From assembly GCA_030527795.1 (NCBI GenBank), contig JAUNAB010000003.1, positions 53,959 to 117,958 of the forward strand: a stretch of DNA of 64,000 nucleotides, written 5' to 3'. The position numbers were made by a program, and so were the translations under genes. Each line of letters starts with the position of its first letter. Within the stretch, counting starts at the first letter, position 1. Below are positions 22,553-33,154 of the stretch, in pieces. This DNA comes from Pasteurellaceae bacterium (GTDB lineage Bacteria > Pseudomonadota > Gammaproteobacteria > Enterobacterales > Pasteurellaceae). The notes under the pieces are model-generated. The model was not told the DNA's origin and searched no databases. It worked only from the letters and a program-made list of their open reading frames with translations.

Positions 22553-23901
22553 CTAGTTTGATTGAACTGGTTTTTTTGTATAGTTATAAACAACAAGGAG
22601 TGCAAAAATCGCAATTATAATCCCCATAATGACATCTTTAGATAAGTATTGTGCCATATAACCAAGTACAATACCTACTCCACCAAAATCGGCATCAGAG
22701 AATGTAGTGTTAGCAAAACCGAGATGTCCAAGTACAGGAAGCAAAAAGACTGGGAGAAATGTAATTAGTAACCCATGTGCAAATGCACCGATCATTGCTC
22801 CACGACGTACGCCCGTTGCATTACCAAATACTCCAGCTGTGGCGCCGCAGAAGAAGTGCGGGGCAACTCCCAGTAGAATAAGTACCCAATTTAATTGACC
22901 TAGCAAAGCTAATCCTACAATTCCACCAACAAAGCTCGCGAGGAAACCTACTAATACTGCATTTGGTGCGTAAGGGAATACGATTGGGCAGTCTAATGCT
23001 GGTTTTGCATCGGGAACTAATTTTTCTGAAATTCCAGTAAAGGCAGGGACAATTTCAGCTAAAATTAAGCGTACGCCTTGTAAAATAATAAACACACCGG
23101 CGGCAAAAGTAATAGCTTGAATAAGAGCAAAGACAAGATAATTTTGACCGTTACTCAGACTTTCAACATAAGTTTGCCCTGAAGCAATGGCGAGAACAAA
23201 ATAAATGATCATCATTGTGATTGATATGGATACGGAACTATCACGTAAGAAACTAAGATTTTTAGGTAGATCCATTTCCTCTGTTGATTTTGAATTTTTC
23301 CCAACAACTTGTCCAATTACCGCGGACAAAATATAACCTAATGTACCAAAATGGCCGAAAGCAACATCATTACTACCCGTTACTTTTGCCATATAACGAT
23401 GAATAATGGCGGGGAAAAATGCCATAACTAAACCTAAAGTAAGCGAGCCAACAAAAACAAGTTGTACGCCTTCAAATCCAATGACAGTAAGAATAATACC
23501 AATCATACAAGCCATATAAAATGTATGATGGCCCGTTAAAAAGATATATTTTAAGCGAGTAAAGCGGGCAATAATAATATTAGCAAGCATTCCAAATGCC
23601 ATAATGAGAACCGTAGCTGTACCATATTTCTCAATTGCCATTGAAACGATAGCCTCATTGTTTGGAATGATACCCTGAACATTAAATGCATGTTCAAACA
23701 TACCTCCAAGTGGATTTAGTGAACCAACTAATACACCTGCACCACCGCCTAAAACAATAAAGCCTAAAATAGTTTTGATTGTTCCTTTTATTACGTCAGG
23801 TAATGGTTTTTTTGTAATAACAAACCTATTAAGGCGATTAAGCCAACTAAAACAGAAGGAACTTTTAAAATATCAAGAATAAAGAAAAGGAATGTGTTCA
23901 T
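22553..23901 (-). pseudogene. PTS ascorbate-family IIC permease (UlaA/SgaT-like) with a -1 frameshift in a poly-A(7) run (top-strand T7 at 23807-23813)
   Basis: ATG at 23899-23901 gives MNTFLFFILDILKVPSVLVGLIALIGLLLQK, which then terminates. With 8 A's the frame would continue KPLPDVIKGTIKTILGF...GGMFEHAF, matching UlaA (IIKGTIKTIIGF) and joining ORF 22553..23701. Confidence 0.65.
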
Positions 23902-23910
23902 TTTATTCTC

Positions 23911-24183
23911 CTAATGAGATTCGAAATAGTCTGTAAGTTTTTGCTCAAATTCAGTAACGCTTACAATATTTTTAATAATAACAATTTTTTCGGTTGGAAG
24001 ACTTGAACTGCTCGCAATATCTTTCGCCATAACGAAAATATCAGCATCAGTTGGCGTAACTGATGCTAAATCAGTATGATTGACTTCAGCTTCTCGATTT
24101 AAGTTTTTTAATGCTTTCTTAATGTTCATTTCCATCATAAAGCTACTACCTAAACCAGAACCACAAACTGCCATAATTTTCAT
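23911..24183 (-). CDS. PTS ascorbate-family IIB component (UlaB/SgaB-like)
   Basis: MKIMAVCGSGLGSSFMM... contains the phosphocysteine loop of lactose/ascorbate-type IIB proteins. Confidence 0.8.
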   Translation of the reverse strand: MKIMAVCGSGLGSSFMMEMNIKKALKNLNREAEVNHTDLASVTPTDADIFVMAKDIASSSSLPTEKIVIIKNIVSVTEFEQKLTDYFESH

Positions 24184-24265
24184 CGTAAACTCCTGTTGTT
24201 GATTAGTTTTTAAGTTTTAAAACAATTCAAGGAGAATTGTTTAATTGCTATACAGTGTAAAAACG

Positions 24266-24317
24266 AATGTTACCGCTATCAATATTGAAAAATAAGAATT
24301 ATGATAGCGGTAACATT
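24266..24317. promoter_or_regulatory. Perfect 16 bp inverted repeat (aatgttaccgctatca N20 tgatagcggtaacatt) in the divergent ulaB-like / lacI-family promoter region. It is a candidate operator pair.
   Basis: Seen directly. Each arm, TGATAGCGGTAACA, is itself an imperfect LacI-type palindrome (TG..A.CG.T..CA). Confidence 0.5.
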
Positions 24318-24406
24318 TTTAATGTTTGGTTGTTTAAAATATAAGCAGAAAATGCAAAATAAAATTGTATAATAGCAAACTATATGAATGATTATGGAAC
24401 TATACG

Positions 24407-25426
24407 ATGAATGAGATGGTAAATCGTAGCCGAAGAACATCAGGACGTGTCACTCTAGCTGATGTAGCAAAATTTGTTGGTGTTGGACAAATGACAGTTT
24501 CTCGTACATTGCGAACACCCGAGATGGTTTCGGAACCTTTACGTGAACGTATTATTACCGCAGTAGAACAATTAGGTTACGTTCCAAATTTTTCTGCTCG
24601 TCAATTAGCCTCAGCAAGCTCTCAAAATTTAGTGGTAGTAACCAATAGTATTATCTCAAGTGAAAATAATTTAATTCTTTCTGCATTAAACAAAGAGTTA
24701 TCAGAATTAGAATTACAAATCGTTATTTTAGTGGCTGATAGAGAGCATTGGTTACATGAATTAATTAATCATTCTCCCCAAGCGATAATTTTACTTAATA
24801 TTAATTGCCCGATAAAAGCAGTGAAGTGGATTAAGAAAAGTGGAATTCCAACTGTTGAGATTGGCGCAAAACAAGTTACACCGATTAATTTGAATGTTGG
24901 AATTGATAGTAAAATTGCTATGAAAACAATGATTAATTTTCTTATTAAGAAAGGTTATCAGGAAATTGGGTTATTAACCGCTAAACAAGAACTATCTATT
25001 TTCCAACAATATTTAGAAAGTTGGCATACTACATTATTATCTCAACATATTAACCCACAACTGATTTACCATATTGCTGAACCTGTTTCATTTTCTGCGG
25101 GAGCAAAACTTTTTGCTGATGCAATGCTTGCTTGGGGAAAAATTGATGCGCTTGTTTTTATTTCTGATGAACTTGCATGTGGTGCACTTTATGAAGCACA
25201 ACGGAGAAAAATTCGAGTACCACAAGATATTGCGATAGTAAGTTTGGGTGGTTTGGACGTTGGCTCTGTTTGTTATCCTCGTTTAACAACAATTGAAATT
25301 GCTTATGAGAAGATGGGAAAACAAGCAGGACACCTCTTATTAAAAATGTTACAAGGTGAGAATTTATCTGAACAAGAACGCATTATTGATGTGCCAGTTA
25401 AATTGATTGAACGAGATAGTGCATAA
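24407..25426 (+). CDS. LacI-family transcriptional regulator
   Basis: N-terminal HTH (LADVAKFVGVGQMTVSRTL) followed by a periplasmic-binding-protein-like sugar-binding domain. Confidence 0.85.
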   Translation: MNEMVNRSRRTSGRVTLADVAKFVGVGQMTVSRTLRTPEMVSEPLRERIITAVEQLGYVPNFSARQLASASSQNLVVVTNSIISSENNLILSALNKELSELELQIVILVADREHWLHELINHSPQAIILLNINCPIKAVKWIKKSGIPTVEIGAKQVTPINLNVGIDSKIAMKTMINFLIKKGYQEIGLLTAKQELSIFQQYLESWHTTLLSQHINPQLIYHIAEPVSFSAGAKLFADAMLAWGKIDALVFISDELACGALYEAQRRKIRVPQDIAIVSLGGLDVGSVCYPRLTTIEIAYEKMGKQAGHLLLKMLQGENLSEQERIIDVPVKLIERDSA

Positions 25427-25507
25427 TATTAATATCGTTTTAAGATTATGCTAACGAATATCCTTGCTTTCCTACTTCATAAATGCCACACTTACTCTAA
25501 TTTTTAG

Positions 25508-27976
25508 ATGATAAAAAGTGTTATGACAAATAAGAGAATAAAGAAAAAGCAAAAAACATTAACCGAATTACACGATCCCAATTATCAACAAGAACTGCAA
25601 AAATACGACAATCCTGTCCCTAGCCGCGAATTTATCTTAAAAATTATCCGCGAACATAACGCACCAATGTCACGTCAAGATATTACTCAATATTTTGCTA
25701 TTAATGATGAAGACCGTTTGGAAGCAATGCGTCGTCGTTTGCGGGCAATGGAAAATGATGGACAGCTGGTTTTTACGAAACGTAAGTGTTATGCCTTGCC
25801 TGAGAAGTTGGATTTGATTAAAGGTACAGTCATTGGTCATCGCGATGGATATGGTTTTTTGCAAGTAGAAGGCAAAGTTTCAGAGAAAAATGAAGATTGG
25901 TTTATTCCGAATAACCAAATGCAACGCGTAATGCACGGTGATTTTGTGTTAGCTCAAGCGAGCGGTATTGATCGCAAAGGGCGGCGTGAAGTGCGGATTG
26001 TTCGGGCGTTGGAAAATCGGAAAAAGCAGTTGGTTGGTCGTTTCTTTTTGGAAGAAGGGATTGGCTATGTGGTGCCTGATGATAGCCGAATAAGCCGTGA
26101 TATTTTAATTCCAAATGAATACCGATTGGGCGCACGAATGGGGCAAGTTGTGGTGGTGGAACTGAAACCACGCAATGCAACCTTTAGCCAACCTGTGGGT
26201 ATGATTACGGAAATTTTGGGCGATAATATGGCACAGGGAATGGAAGTTGAAATCGCTTTGCGGAATTATGATATTCCGCACACATTTCCTGATGCGGTGC
26301 AAAAATATGTAAAACGTTTTAGTGAAGATGTTCCAGAACAAGCTAAAGTGGGGCGAGTAGATTTACGTCAATTACCTTTAATGACCATTGATGGCGAAGA
26401 TGCACGTGATTTTGATGATGCGATACATTGCCGTGCTGAAAATGGCGGTTGGCGATTGTGGGTTGCGATTGCGGATGTGAGTTATTATGTGCGTTTACAT
26501 AGCGCCCTTGATAGTGAAGCTCATTCACGGGGAAATTCGGTTTATTTTCCAAATCGTGTGGTGCCAATGTTACCAGAGGTTTTATCTAACGGTTTATGTT
26601 CGTTAAATCCGCAGGTAGATCGTTTGTGTATGGTTTGTGAAATGCAAATTTCAAGCGACGGGGTGATGCAAGATTACCAATTTTATGAAGCAGTAATGAA
26701 CTCACACGCCCGTTTAACTTACACCAAAGTTGCTCAAATCTTAGCGGATGATGAACAACTTAAGCAACGTTATAATGGATTAGTTCCGCATTTGCGTGAA
26801 TTACATACACTTTATCAAGCATTGCTCAATGCACGTCACCAACGTGGTGCGATTGATTTTGAAACCATCGAGAGCAAATTTGTGTTTAACACAATGGGGC
26901 GGATTGAACGCATTGAACCTGTGGTGCGTAACGATGCACACCGCATTATTGAAGAATGTATGATCTTAGCCAATATCGCCGCAGCACGTTTTGTTGAAAA
27001 ACACAATGAGCCAGCGTTATATCGTATTCACGCGATGCCGAATGAAGAAAAATTAACCTCATTCCGTGCATTTTTAAGTGAATGTGGGTTAAGTTTAGGG
27101 GGCGGTCATAAACCAACCACTAAGGATTATGCTGAACTGTTAGACAAAGTGCGTTTACGCCCTGATCACGAATTAATTAAAACAATGTTGCTACGTTCTT
27201 TGAGTCAAGCCGTATATAGCCCTGATAATATTGGGCATTTTGGCTTGGCGTTAAGTGAATATGCACATTTTACCTCGCCTATTCGCCGTTATCCTGATTT
27301 AACCTTGCACCGTTCAATTAAATATTTGCTTGCGAAAGAACAGGGGGCAAAACGCAAAACCACCGATGGCGGTGGGTATCATTACAGCTTGGACGAAATG
27401 GATTTACTTGGCGATCATTGTTCGCAAACGGAACGCCGAGCTGACGAGGCTACGCGAGATGTGGCGGATTGGCTAAAATGTGAATTTATGCAAGATCAAG
27501 TGGGGAATGAATTTAGCGGCGTGATTTCATCGGTAACGGGCTTTGGATTATTCGTCCGTTTAGATGATTTATTTATTGACGGTTTAGTGCATATTTCAAA
27601 TTTAGCCAATGATTATTATCAATTTGATGTTGCTAAACAGCGTCTAATTGGCGAGAACAGCGGAATGGTTTATCGGTTGGGCGATAAGGTAAATATCCGT
27701 GTTGTAGCAGTGAGCTTAGAACAGCGTCAACTTGATTTTGCGTTAATTGGCAGTGAACGTCAGCCTCGTCGAGTGGGAAAAACGCAAAAGAATAAAGCAA
27801 AAGCCCAAACAAAAGCGGATAGCAAAAAAACGAAGGCAAAAAAGACCGCGGTTTCGACGAGAAGAAAGAAAACCGCGGTCAAAAAAAGCGTTGAATTTCA
27901 AGAAAAAGCACCCAAAGCCAAGCAATCAAAACGCGGTAAAAGCGAGAATCAAAAAACTAAAAAGAGAACAAAATGA
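25508..27976 (+). CDS. rnr: Ribonuclease R
   Basis: HTH, cold-shock, RNB and S1 domains, then a C-terminal Lys-rich tail. The start could instead be the downstream ATG at 25523. Confidence 0.9.
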   Translation: MIKSVMTNKRIKKKQKTLTELHDPNYQQELQKYDNPVPSREFILKIIREHNAPMSRQDITQYFAINDEDRLEAMRRRLRAMENDGQLVFTKRKCYALPEKLDLIKGTVIGHRDGYGFLQVEGKVSEKNEDWFIPNNQMQRVMHGDFVLAQASGIDRKGRREVRIVRALENRKKQLVGRFFLEEGIGYVVPDDSRISRDILIPNEYRLGARMGQVVVVELKPRNATFSQPVGMITEILGDNMAQGMEVEIALRNYDIPHTFPDAVQKYVKRFSEDVPEQAKVGRVDLRQLPLMTIDGEDARDFDDAIHCRAENGGWRLWVAIADVSYYVRLHSALDSEAHSRGNSVYFPNRVVPMLPEVLSNGLCSLNPQVDRLCMVCEMQISSDGVMQDYQFYEAVMNSHARLTYTKVAQILADDEQLKQRYNGLVPHLRELHTLYQALLNARHQRGAIDFETIESKFVFNTMGRIERIEPVVRNDAHRIIEECMILANIAAARFVEKHNEPALYRIHAMPNEEKLTSFRAFLSECGLSLGGGHKPTTKDYAELLDKVRLRPDHELIKTMLLRSLSQAVYSPDNIGHFGLALSEYAHFTSPIRRYPDLTLHRSIKYLLAKEQGAKRKTTDGGGYHYSLDEMDLLGDHCSQTERRADEATRDVADWLKCEFMQDQVGNEFSGVISSVTGFGLFVRLDDLFIDGLVHISNLANDYYQFDVAKQRLIGENSGMVYRLGDKVNIRVVAVSLEQRQLDFALIGSERQPRRVGKTQKNKAKAQTKADSKKTKAKKTAVSTRRKKTAVKKSVEFQEKAPKAKQSKRGKSENQKTKKRTK

Positions 27977-28710
27977 GTGAAAATATTTATGGCATTCACG
28001 CCGTTAATTCAATTTTAGCCAATGCACCTGAGCGGTTAATTGAAGTGTTTGCGTTAAAGGGGCGTGAAGATAAACGCTTGCAAGCGGTACTCAATGAATT
28101 ACACCAGTTAGGCATTAGCGTGCAATTTTTAAATCGCCAAACGCTCGACAAAAAAGCCGATGGCGAAGTGCATCAAGGGATTATCGCACGCGTGCAGCCA
28201 GCCAAAGAGCTAAATGAAAACGATTTAGCCCAAATTCTAGCAACGCAACCACATCCCTTGTTGCTGGTGCTTGATGGCGTGACTGATCCGCATAATTTGG
28301 GGGCTTGTTTGCGTACCGCTGATGCGGCGGGCGTCAGTGCCGTGATCGTGCCGCGTGACAAATCAGCACAACTAACTGCGACTGCACGTAAAGTCGCTTG
28401 TGGTGCAGCAGAAACCGTGCCATTAATTCGGGTGACGAATTTGGCTCGCACCTTGCGAGATCTGCAACAAAATCATCAAATCTGGGTGGTGGGAACGGCA
28501 GGTGAAGCGACGGAAACTCTTTATCAAAGCCAATTAACAGGGGCGATTGCCTTGGTGATGGGGGCGGAAGGCGAAGGAATGCGTCGTTTAACGCGTGAGC
28601 ATTGCGATCAGTTAATCAGTATCCCGATGGTGGGATCGGTTTCGTCATTAAATGTTTCCGTTGCAACGGGCATTTGTTTATTTGAAATCGTGCGACAACG
28701 CCAGTTGTAG
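27973..28710 (+). CDS. rlmB: 23S rRNA (Gm2251) 2'-O-methyltransferase
   Basis: [22 protein letters not shown]... of the SpoU family. It overlaps the rnr stop, as in E. coli rnr-rlmB. Confidence 0.9.
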   Translation: MSENIYGIHAVNSILANAPERLIEVFALKGREDKRLQAVLNELHQLGISVQFLNRQTLDKKADGEVHQGIIARVQPAKELNENDLAQILATQPHPLLLVLDGVTDPHNLGACLRTADAAGVSAVIVPRDKSAQLTATARKVACGAAETVPLIRVTNLARTLRDLQQNHQIWVVGTAGEATETLYQSQLTGAIALVMGAEGEGMRRLTREHCDQLISIPMVGSVSSLNVSVATGICLFEIVRQRQL

Positions 28711-28722
28711 CATATAAATATA

Positions 28723-28750
28723 AAAAGCGAATGGGATATTCGCTTTTTTA
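28723..28750. terminator. Bidirectional terminator (aaaagcgaatgggatattcgctttttt)
   Basis: Stem-loop with T/A runs between convergent rlmB and ygfA. Confidence 0.7.
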
Positions 28751-28761
28751 TTGGCTCAAGA

Positions 28762-29334
28762 TTAGGCTACTAAGATTTGAGCCAAAGGAATATCCCAACT
28801 TTCAATTGGAAGCTGATCAAGTTGTTGGCAACGGTGTGCTAACCCAACGGGGATAAAGTGTTTTTGTTGCCAATTTTGCAACGTGCGATCATAAAATCCG
28901 CCGCCCATTCCTAATCGATTACCCTGTCTATCAAACGCAACTAAAGGGGTGAAAATGATATCTAACTCATTGCAAGGTACTACATTGCGTACATCTAGCT
29001 GCGGTTCAAGAATACCAAATTCGTTTTTAATCAGCGTCGTGTGGGGATGATAAGCTAAGAAGAGCAAATTTCCGCGGCTAAATGGGTGTAACACAGGTAG
29101 GAACACCGTTTTATTGCGTTGCCAAAGTTGTTCAATCAGCGGTTGTGTGGAAATTTCGGAATCAAAGGATAAATATAACGCAATCCGTTGAGCTTGGCGT
29201 TGCTCAATAAGTGCTAAGGCTTGTTGACTAATGGATTGAGCAGCTTGTTGCTGCGAAACCGCGGACAAATTTTGTCTTGCTTTTCGGATTTGTTGACGAA
29301 TTTGTTGGCGTTGTTGAGAGATTGTGTTCATCAC
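28762..29334 (-). CDS. ygfA: 5-formyltetrahydrofolate cyclo-ligase family protein
   Basis: 5-FCL family sequence lying immediately downstream of ssrS, as in E. coli. Confidence 0.75.
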   Translation of the reverse strand: MMNTISQQRQQIRQQIRKARQNLSAVSQQQAAQSISQQALALIEQRQAQRIALYLSFDSEISTQPLIEQLWQRNKTVFLPVLHPFSRGNLLFLAYHPHTTLIKNEFGILEPQLDVRNVVPCNELDIIFTPLVAFDRQGNRLGMGGGFYDRTLQNWQQKHFIPVGLAHRCQQLDQLPIESWDIPLAQILVA

Positions 29335-29342
29335 ATCATATT

Positions 29343-29527
29343 GAAAACCCCCGAGATGCCGTTATGAGTGGTCGGTCCTTGAACCCGAAGATTCAAGGGA
29401 ATCGGTTATAATCATTTTTAGGCTTCTTAGCTAAACTAAGCTTGCACACCAATAATATAGAGAACCAATTCAAAATAGATTAGTATCGGCTCAGGGACGT
29501 AACCCATCGCGAACATCTCAGGAATAA
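29343..29527 (-). ncRNA. ssrS: 6S RNA
   Basis: The reverse complement reads ...TATTCCTGAGATGTTCGCGATGGGTTACGTCCCTGAGCCGATA...TTGAATCTTCGGGTTCAAGGACCGACCACTCATAACGGCATCTCGGGGGTTTTC. This matches the E. coli 6S RNA 5' and 3' arms and the central-bubble organisation, in the zapA-ssrS-ygfA context. Confidence 0.85.
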
Positions 29528-29585
29528 AGTTATACTAACGGAAAATTGATCCATTGACTAGCAAAAATTCGTTCTTTTACGGCAA

Positions 29586-29921
29586 TTATTGAATTTCATA
29601 GTTCGTTTGCTGATTTGTTAAACCAGAAATACTCTCTAAAGTGCTAGCCAGTTGAGCTAATTGTGTTTTTAACACAGTTTCGGTTGTTTGCGTTTTTTTC
29701 TGCTCTTGCATTAATTCAAAGCTCAAATTGAGTGCCACGATGCTTAATGCACGATCAACTTGCAAAATCCCCGTACGTTCCTTCATTTCATTGACGCGAG
29801 CGTCAAGGATTTTTGCTGCTTCGCGTAAGGCATCGTGTTGTTCTTCTGGGCAATTTAAACGCACAACTTGTCCTAAAAAATTTAATTCCACGGTTTTTGA
29901 TGTCATATCTTTACCATTCAT
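29586..29921 (-). CDS. zapA: Cell division protein ZapA
   Basis: ...VELNFLGQVVRLNCPEEQHDALREAAKILDARV matches E. coli ZapA. Confidence 0.9.
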   Translation of the reverse strand: MNGKDMTSKTVELNFLGQVVRLNCPEEQHDALREAAKILDARVNEMKERTGILQVDRALSIVALNLSFELMQEQKKTQTTETVLKTQLAQLASTLESISGLTNQQTNYEIQ

Positions 29922-30021
29922 TTATTATTTTGGATTATTATGCCATACAAAAATTTTTTCGCTACTGTTCTCACCCTGAAATCTGCTAAAATGGTGATAA
30001 CTTATCAAAAAGGAAAGGTCT

Positions 30022-30579
30022 ATGATTTCTTACTCAATGCTTAATCAACAACTTGCCAATGCAGATATTGGTTTGACCGCGGCTGAATTACAGGGTTTTT
30101 TAAGTGGTTTACTTTGTGGCGGGGTCAATGATCAAAGTTGGCAACCCTTACTTTATCAATTCACCAATGATGACCACGCTTATCCCACCGCGTTGCTTAA
30201 TCAAGTGGCTGAAATATATCAGCAACTCAAACAGCAGTTTGAGGATGTAGAAAGTTTTTCCTTTGAATTATTATTGCCCGATGATGACGATGTTTATCAA
30301 CGAGCTGATGCGTTGTCTGAATGGGCAAATCATTTTTTACTTGCATTAGGATTGTCACAGCCACAACTTGATAAACAAACAGGCGAGATTGGCGAAGGGA
30401 TTGATGATTTGCAAGACATTTGCCAACTTGGCTATGATGAGCAAGACAATAAAGAAGAATTAAGCGAAGCATTAGAAGAAGTGATTGAATATGTTCGCAC
30501 CTTAGCTACATTGTTTTATACACATTTTAATCCGCCGCAAAATGCTCATTCGCAAGCGGATCAACCTACATTACATTAG
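30022..30579 (+). CDS. ygfB: UPF0149-family protein YgfB
   Basis: Acidic protein in the conserved position upstream of pepP. Confidence 0.7.
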   Translation: MISYSMLNQQLANADIGLTAAELQGFLSGLLCGGVNDQSWQPLLYQFTNDDHAYPTALLNQVAEIYQQLKQQFEDVESFSFELLLPDDDDVYQRADALSEWANHFLLALGLSQPQLDKQTGEIGEGIDDLQDICQLGYDEQDNKEELSEALEEVIEYVRTLATLFYTHFNPPQNAHSQADQPTLH

Positions 30580-30588
30580 GAGCAAAAA

Positions 30589-31914
30589 ATGGACTTATCT
30601 TACTTAGCCGCTATTCCCGATACTGAATTTGCTCAACGCCGTGAACGCGTGTTTGCTCAAATGCAAGATAACTGTGCGTTAATTGTCTTTTCAGCCCAAG
30701 AGCAAACGCGTAATAATGATTGTGCTTATCCGTTTCGTCAAGATAGCTATTTTTGGTATTTGACAGGCTTTAATGAACCAAATTCGGTGTTGGTACTGAT
30801 TAAATCGGCGAATAATCATCAACAAATTATGTTTGTTCGTCCTTCCGATCCGTTAATGGAAACGTGGAATGGACGCCGTTTAGGAGTGGATAACACGCCG
30901 AGCAAATTAGGGATGGATCAGGCATTTTCTATTGACGATTTTCCCATTGCCATCAAAAAAATGATGAAAAATTTGACCGCGGTTTATTATGCCAAAGGCA
31001 TTCAACATTGGGGCGATCAGCTGTTTGAACAGCATCTTTTCTATTTCCGTAATCAGTTGGATTGGCGTCCGATTTTAGATGAAATGCGAGTCATTAAATC
31101 TCAGCCTGAAATTGCGTTGATGCAACAAGCTGGGCAAATTACGGCTCTTGCACATATTCGTGCGATGCAACAAACCCGCCCGAACCGTTTTGAATATGAA
31201 ATCGAACATGAAATTTTATATGAATTTGCTCGTCACGGCGCACGTTATGCGTCTTATAACAGTATTATTGCTGGGGGCGATAATGCCTGTATTTTGCATT
31301 ACACAGAAAACGATCAAGTATTAAAAGACGGTGAATTAGTGCTGATTGATGCGGGTTGTGAATTTGCGATGTATGCGGGCGATATTACGCGAACATTCCC
31401 TGTGAATGGCAAATTCAGCCAAGCACAACGTGAGATTTATGAAATTGTGTTGCAGGCTCAAAAGCGTGCGATTGAATTATTAGTGGTTGGCGGTTCTATT
31501 CAACGGGCGAATGAGGAAGTCGTACGAATTAAGGTTGAAGGTTTGGTGCGTTTGGGTATTTTGCAAGGCGATGTGGAGCAACTGATTCAGGATAATGCAA
31601 TTCGCCAATTTTATATGCACGGTTTAGGGCATTGGTTAGGATTGGATGTTCACGATGTGGGATCGTATAGCAAAGATGCACATAACAATAATCGCAACAG
31701 TAAAATCCGCAATCGCCCGTTAGAAGTGGGAATGGTGGTTACCGTTGAACCTGGGCTATATATTGCAGAAAATGCCGATGTTCCCGCGCAATACAAAGGG
31801 ATTGGCGTGCGAATTGAAGATGATATTTTGATTACAGATTACGGCAATAAAAATTTAACCAGTGCGGTACCAAAGGAAATTGCCGATATTGAACAGTTGA
31901 TGGCAAGCCGTTAA
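30589..31914 (+). CDS. pepP: Xaa-Pro aminopeptidase
   Basis: N-terminal creatinase-like domain plus a C-terminal M24 domain (HGLGHWLGLDVHD). Confidence 0.9.
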   Translation: MDLSYLAAIPDTEFAQRRERVFAQMQDNCALIVFSAQEQTRNNDCAYPFRQDSYFWYLTGFNEPNSVLVLIKSANNHQQIMFVRPSDPLMETWNGRRLGVDNTPSKLGMDQAFSIDDFPIAIKKMMKNLTAVYYAKGIQHWGDQLFEQHLFYFRNQLDWRPILDEMRVIKSQPEIALMQQAGQITALAHIRAMQQTRPNRFEYEIEHEILYEFARHGARYASYNSIIAGGDNACILHYTENDQVLKDGELVLIDAGCEFAMYAGDITRTFPVNGKFSQAQREIYEIVLQAQKRAIELLVVGGSIQRANEEVVRIKVEGLVRLGILQGDVEQLIQDNAIRQFYMHGLGHWLGLDVHDVGSYSKDAHNNNRNSKIRNRPLEVGMVVTVEPGLYIAENADVPAQYKGIGVRIEDDILITDYGNKNLTSAVPKEIADIEQLMASR

Positions 31915-31954
31915 TCTGCAAGATGAAAGATCAAGGTTGCAATAGGGGAGAGTA

Positions 31955-33154
31955 ATGGAACATATTGATTATGATGTCATTATTGTTGGGGGGGCGATGT
32001 CAGGGGCAACCCTTGCTTTGGCGTTAAACGCACAAAGCCAAGCGAAGATGCGTATTGCCGTGGTGGAAAAGCACTTTCCCAAATTGGATGAACAAACGGG
32101 GTTTAATGCACGTTGTATTGCGTTATCTCACGGCAGTTGCGAACGCTTTGCACAAATTCAAACCAACAATCATAATTTATGGCAACAAATCGCTTCCTTT
32201 GCGACACCGATTAAGCAAATTCATGTGTCAGATCAAGGTCATTCTGGTATTGTTGAATTTCAAGCGAGCGAGTTTGATTTACCGCAACTTGGTGCGGTCG
32301 TTGAATTAAGCCAAATGGGCAATATGCTTTTACAACTAATTCAGCAAACCCCCAATATTGACTATCTTTGTCCTGTGCAAATTGCTGATATTCAAGTAAG
32401 CCAAACCGCTGTTCAGGTGCAACTCACGGATCAACGTGTGTTGTTTGCACCCTTGGTCATTGGAGCAGATGGTAATCAATCACAAGTGGCCAGTGCCTTT
32501 AATATTGAGCAAAAAATAGTCCGCGATTATCAACAAAGTGCGATTATTGCCAATGTGCAAGTGCAACAAGCACACGAAAATCGTGCCTTTGAACGTTTTA
32601 CTGCACAAGGTCCGTTAGCCTTATTGCCAATGGAGAATAATTTAATGTCGTTGGTGTGGTGTGTGGCAGATCCTGACCCGATAATGAGGTTAGATGATCT
32701 GCAATTTCTTGAACGACTACAACAGCAATTCGGTTGGCGATTAGGGAAATTACAACAGGTCGGTAAACGTTTTGCTTACCCCTTAAAACTAACTTCTGCA
32801 GATAGCTATATTGCTCATCGTTGTGCTTTGGTTGGTAACGCTGCACAAACTTTGCATCCTATTGCTGGACAAGGGTTTAATTTAGGCATTCGCGATGTGA
32901 TGGCGTTAGCACAAGTGTTAGGGCAGGCTTATGCCAATGGCGATGATCTTGGGTCATATCACACCTTACAAGGTTATCAACAAGTACGCGAATCAGATCA
33001 ACAACACATTATCGGTTTAACGGACGGCTTGGTTTCACTTTTTGCCAATCAGTTATTGCCATTACAAATTGTACGCAACGTAGGTTTAATCAGTTTAGCG
33101 CAAAGCAAAATTTTACGACAATGGTTTGCTAAACCAACATTAGGATGGGTGTAA
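31955..33154 (+). CDS. ubiH: 2-octaprenyl-6-methoxyphenol hydroxylase (FAD-dependent)
   Basis: DVIIVGGAMSGATLALAL FAD-binding motif and the conserved order ubiH-ubiI. Confidence 0.85.
   Translation: MEHIDYDVIIVGGAMSGATLALALNAQSQAKMRIAVVEKHFPKLDEQTGFNARCIALSHGSCERFAQIQTNNHNLWQQIASFATPIKQIHVSDQGHSGIVEFQASEFDLPQLGAVVELSQMGNMLLQLIQQTPNIDYLCPVQIADIQVSQTAVQVQLTDQRVLFAPLVIGADGNQSQVASAFNIEQKIVRDYQQSAIIANVQVQQAHENRAFERFTAQGPLALLPMENNLMSLVWCVADPDPIMRLDDLQFLERLQQQFGWRLGKLQQVGKRFAYPLKLTSADSYIAHRCALVGNAAQTLHPIAGQGFNLGIRDVMALAQVLGQAYANGDDLGSYHTLQGYQQVRESDQQHIIGLTDGLVSLFANQLLPLQIVRNVGLISLAQSKILRQWFAKPTLGWV

Noticed and set aside
20790-24183. Considered the PTS/transketolase cluster as a horizontally acquired island
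   Set aside because: No flanking tRNA, integrase, direct repeats or compositional break is visible by eye. It is treated as a decaying native operon instead.
25670-26567. Several minus-strand ORFs of 64-92 aa inside rnr
   Set aside because: Antisense to RNase R and His/Gln-rich nonsense.
27747-27980. Lys/Arg-rich 77 aa plus-strand ORF and antisense ORFs over the rnr 3' end
   Set aside because: This is the reading-frame shadow of the authentic Lys-rich RNase R C-terminal tail.
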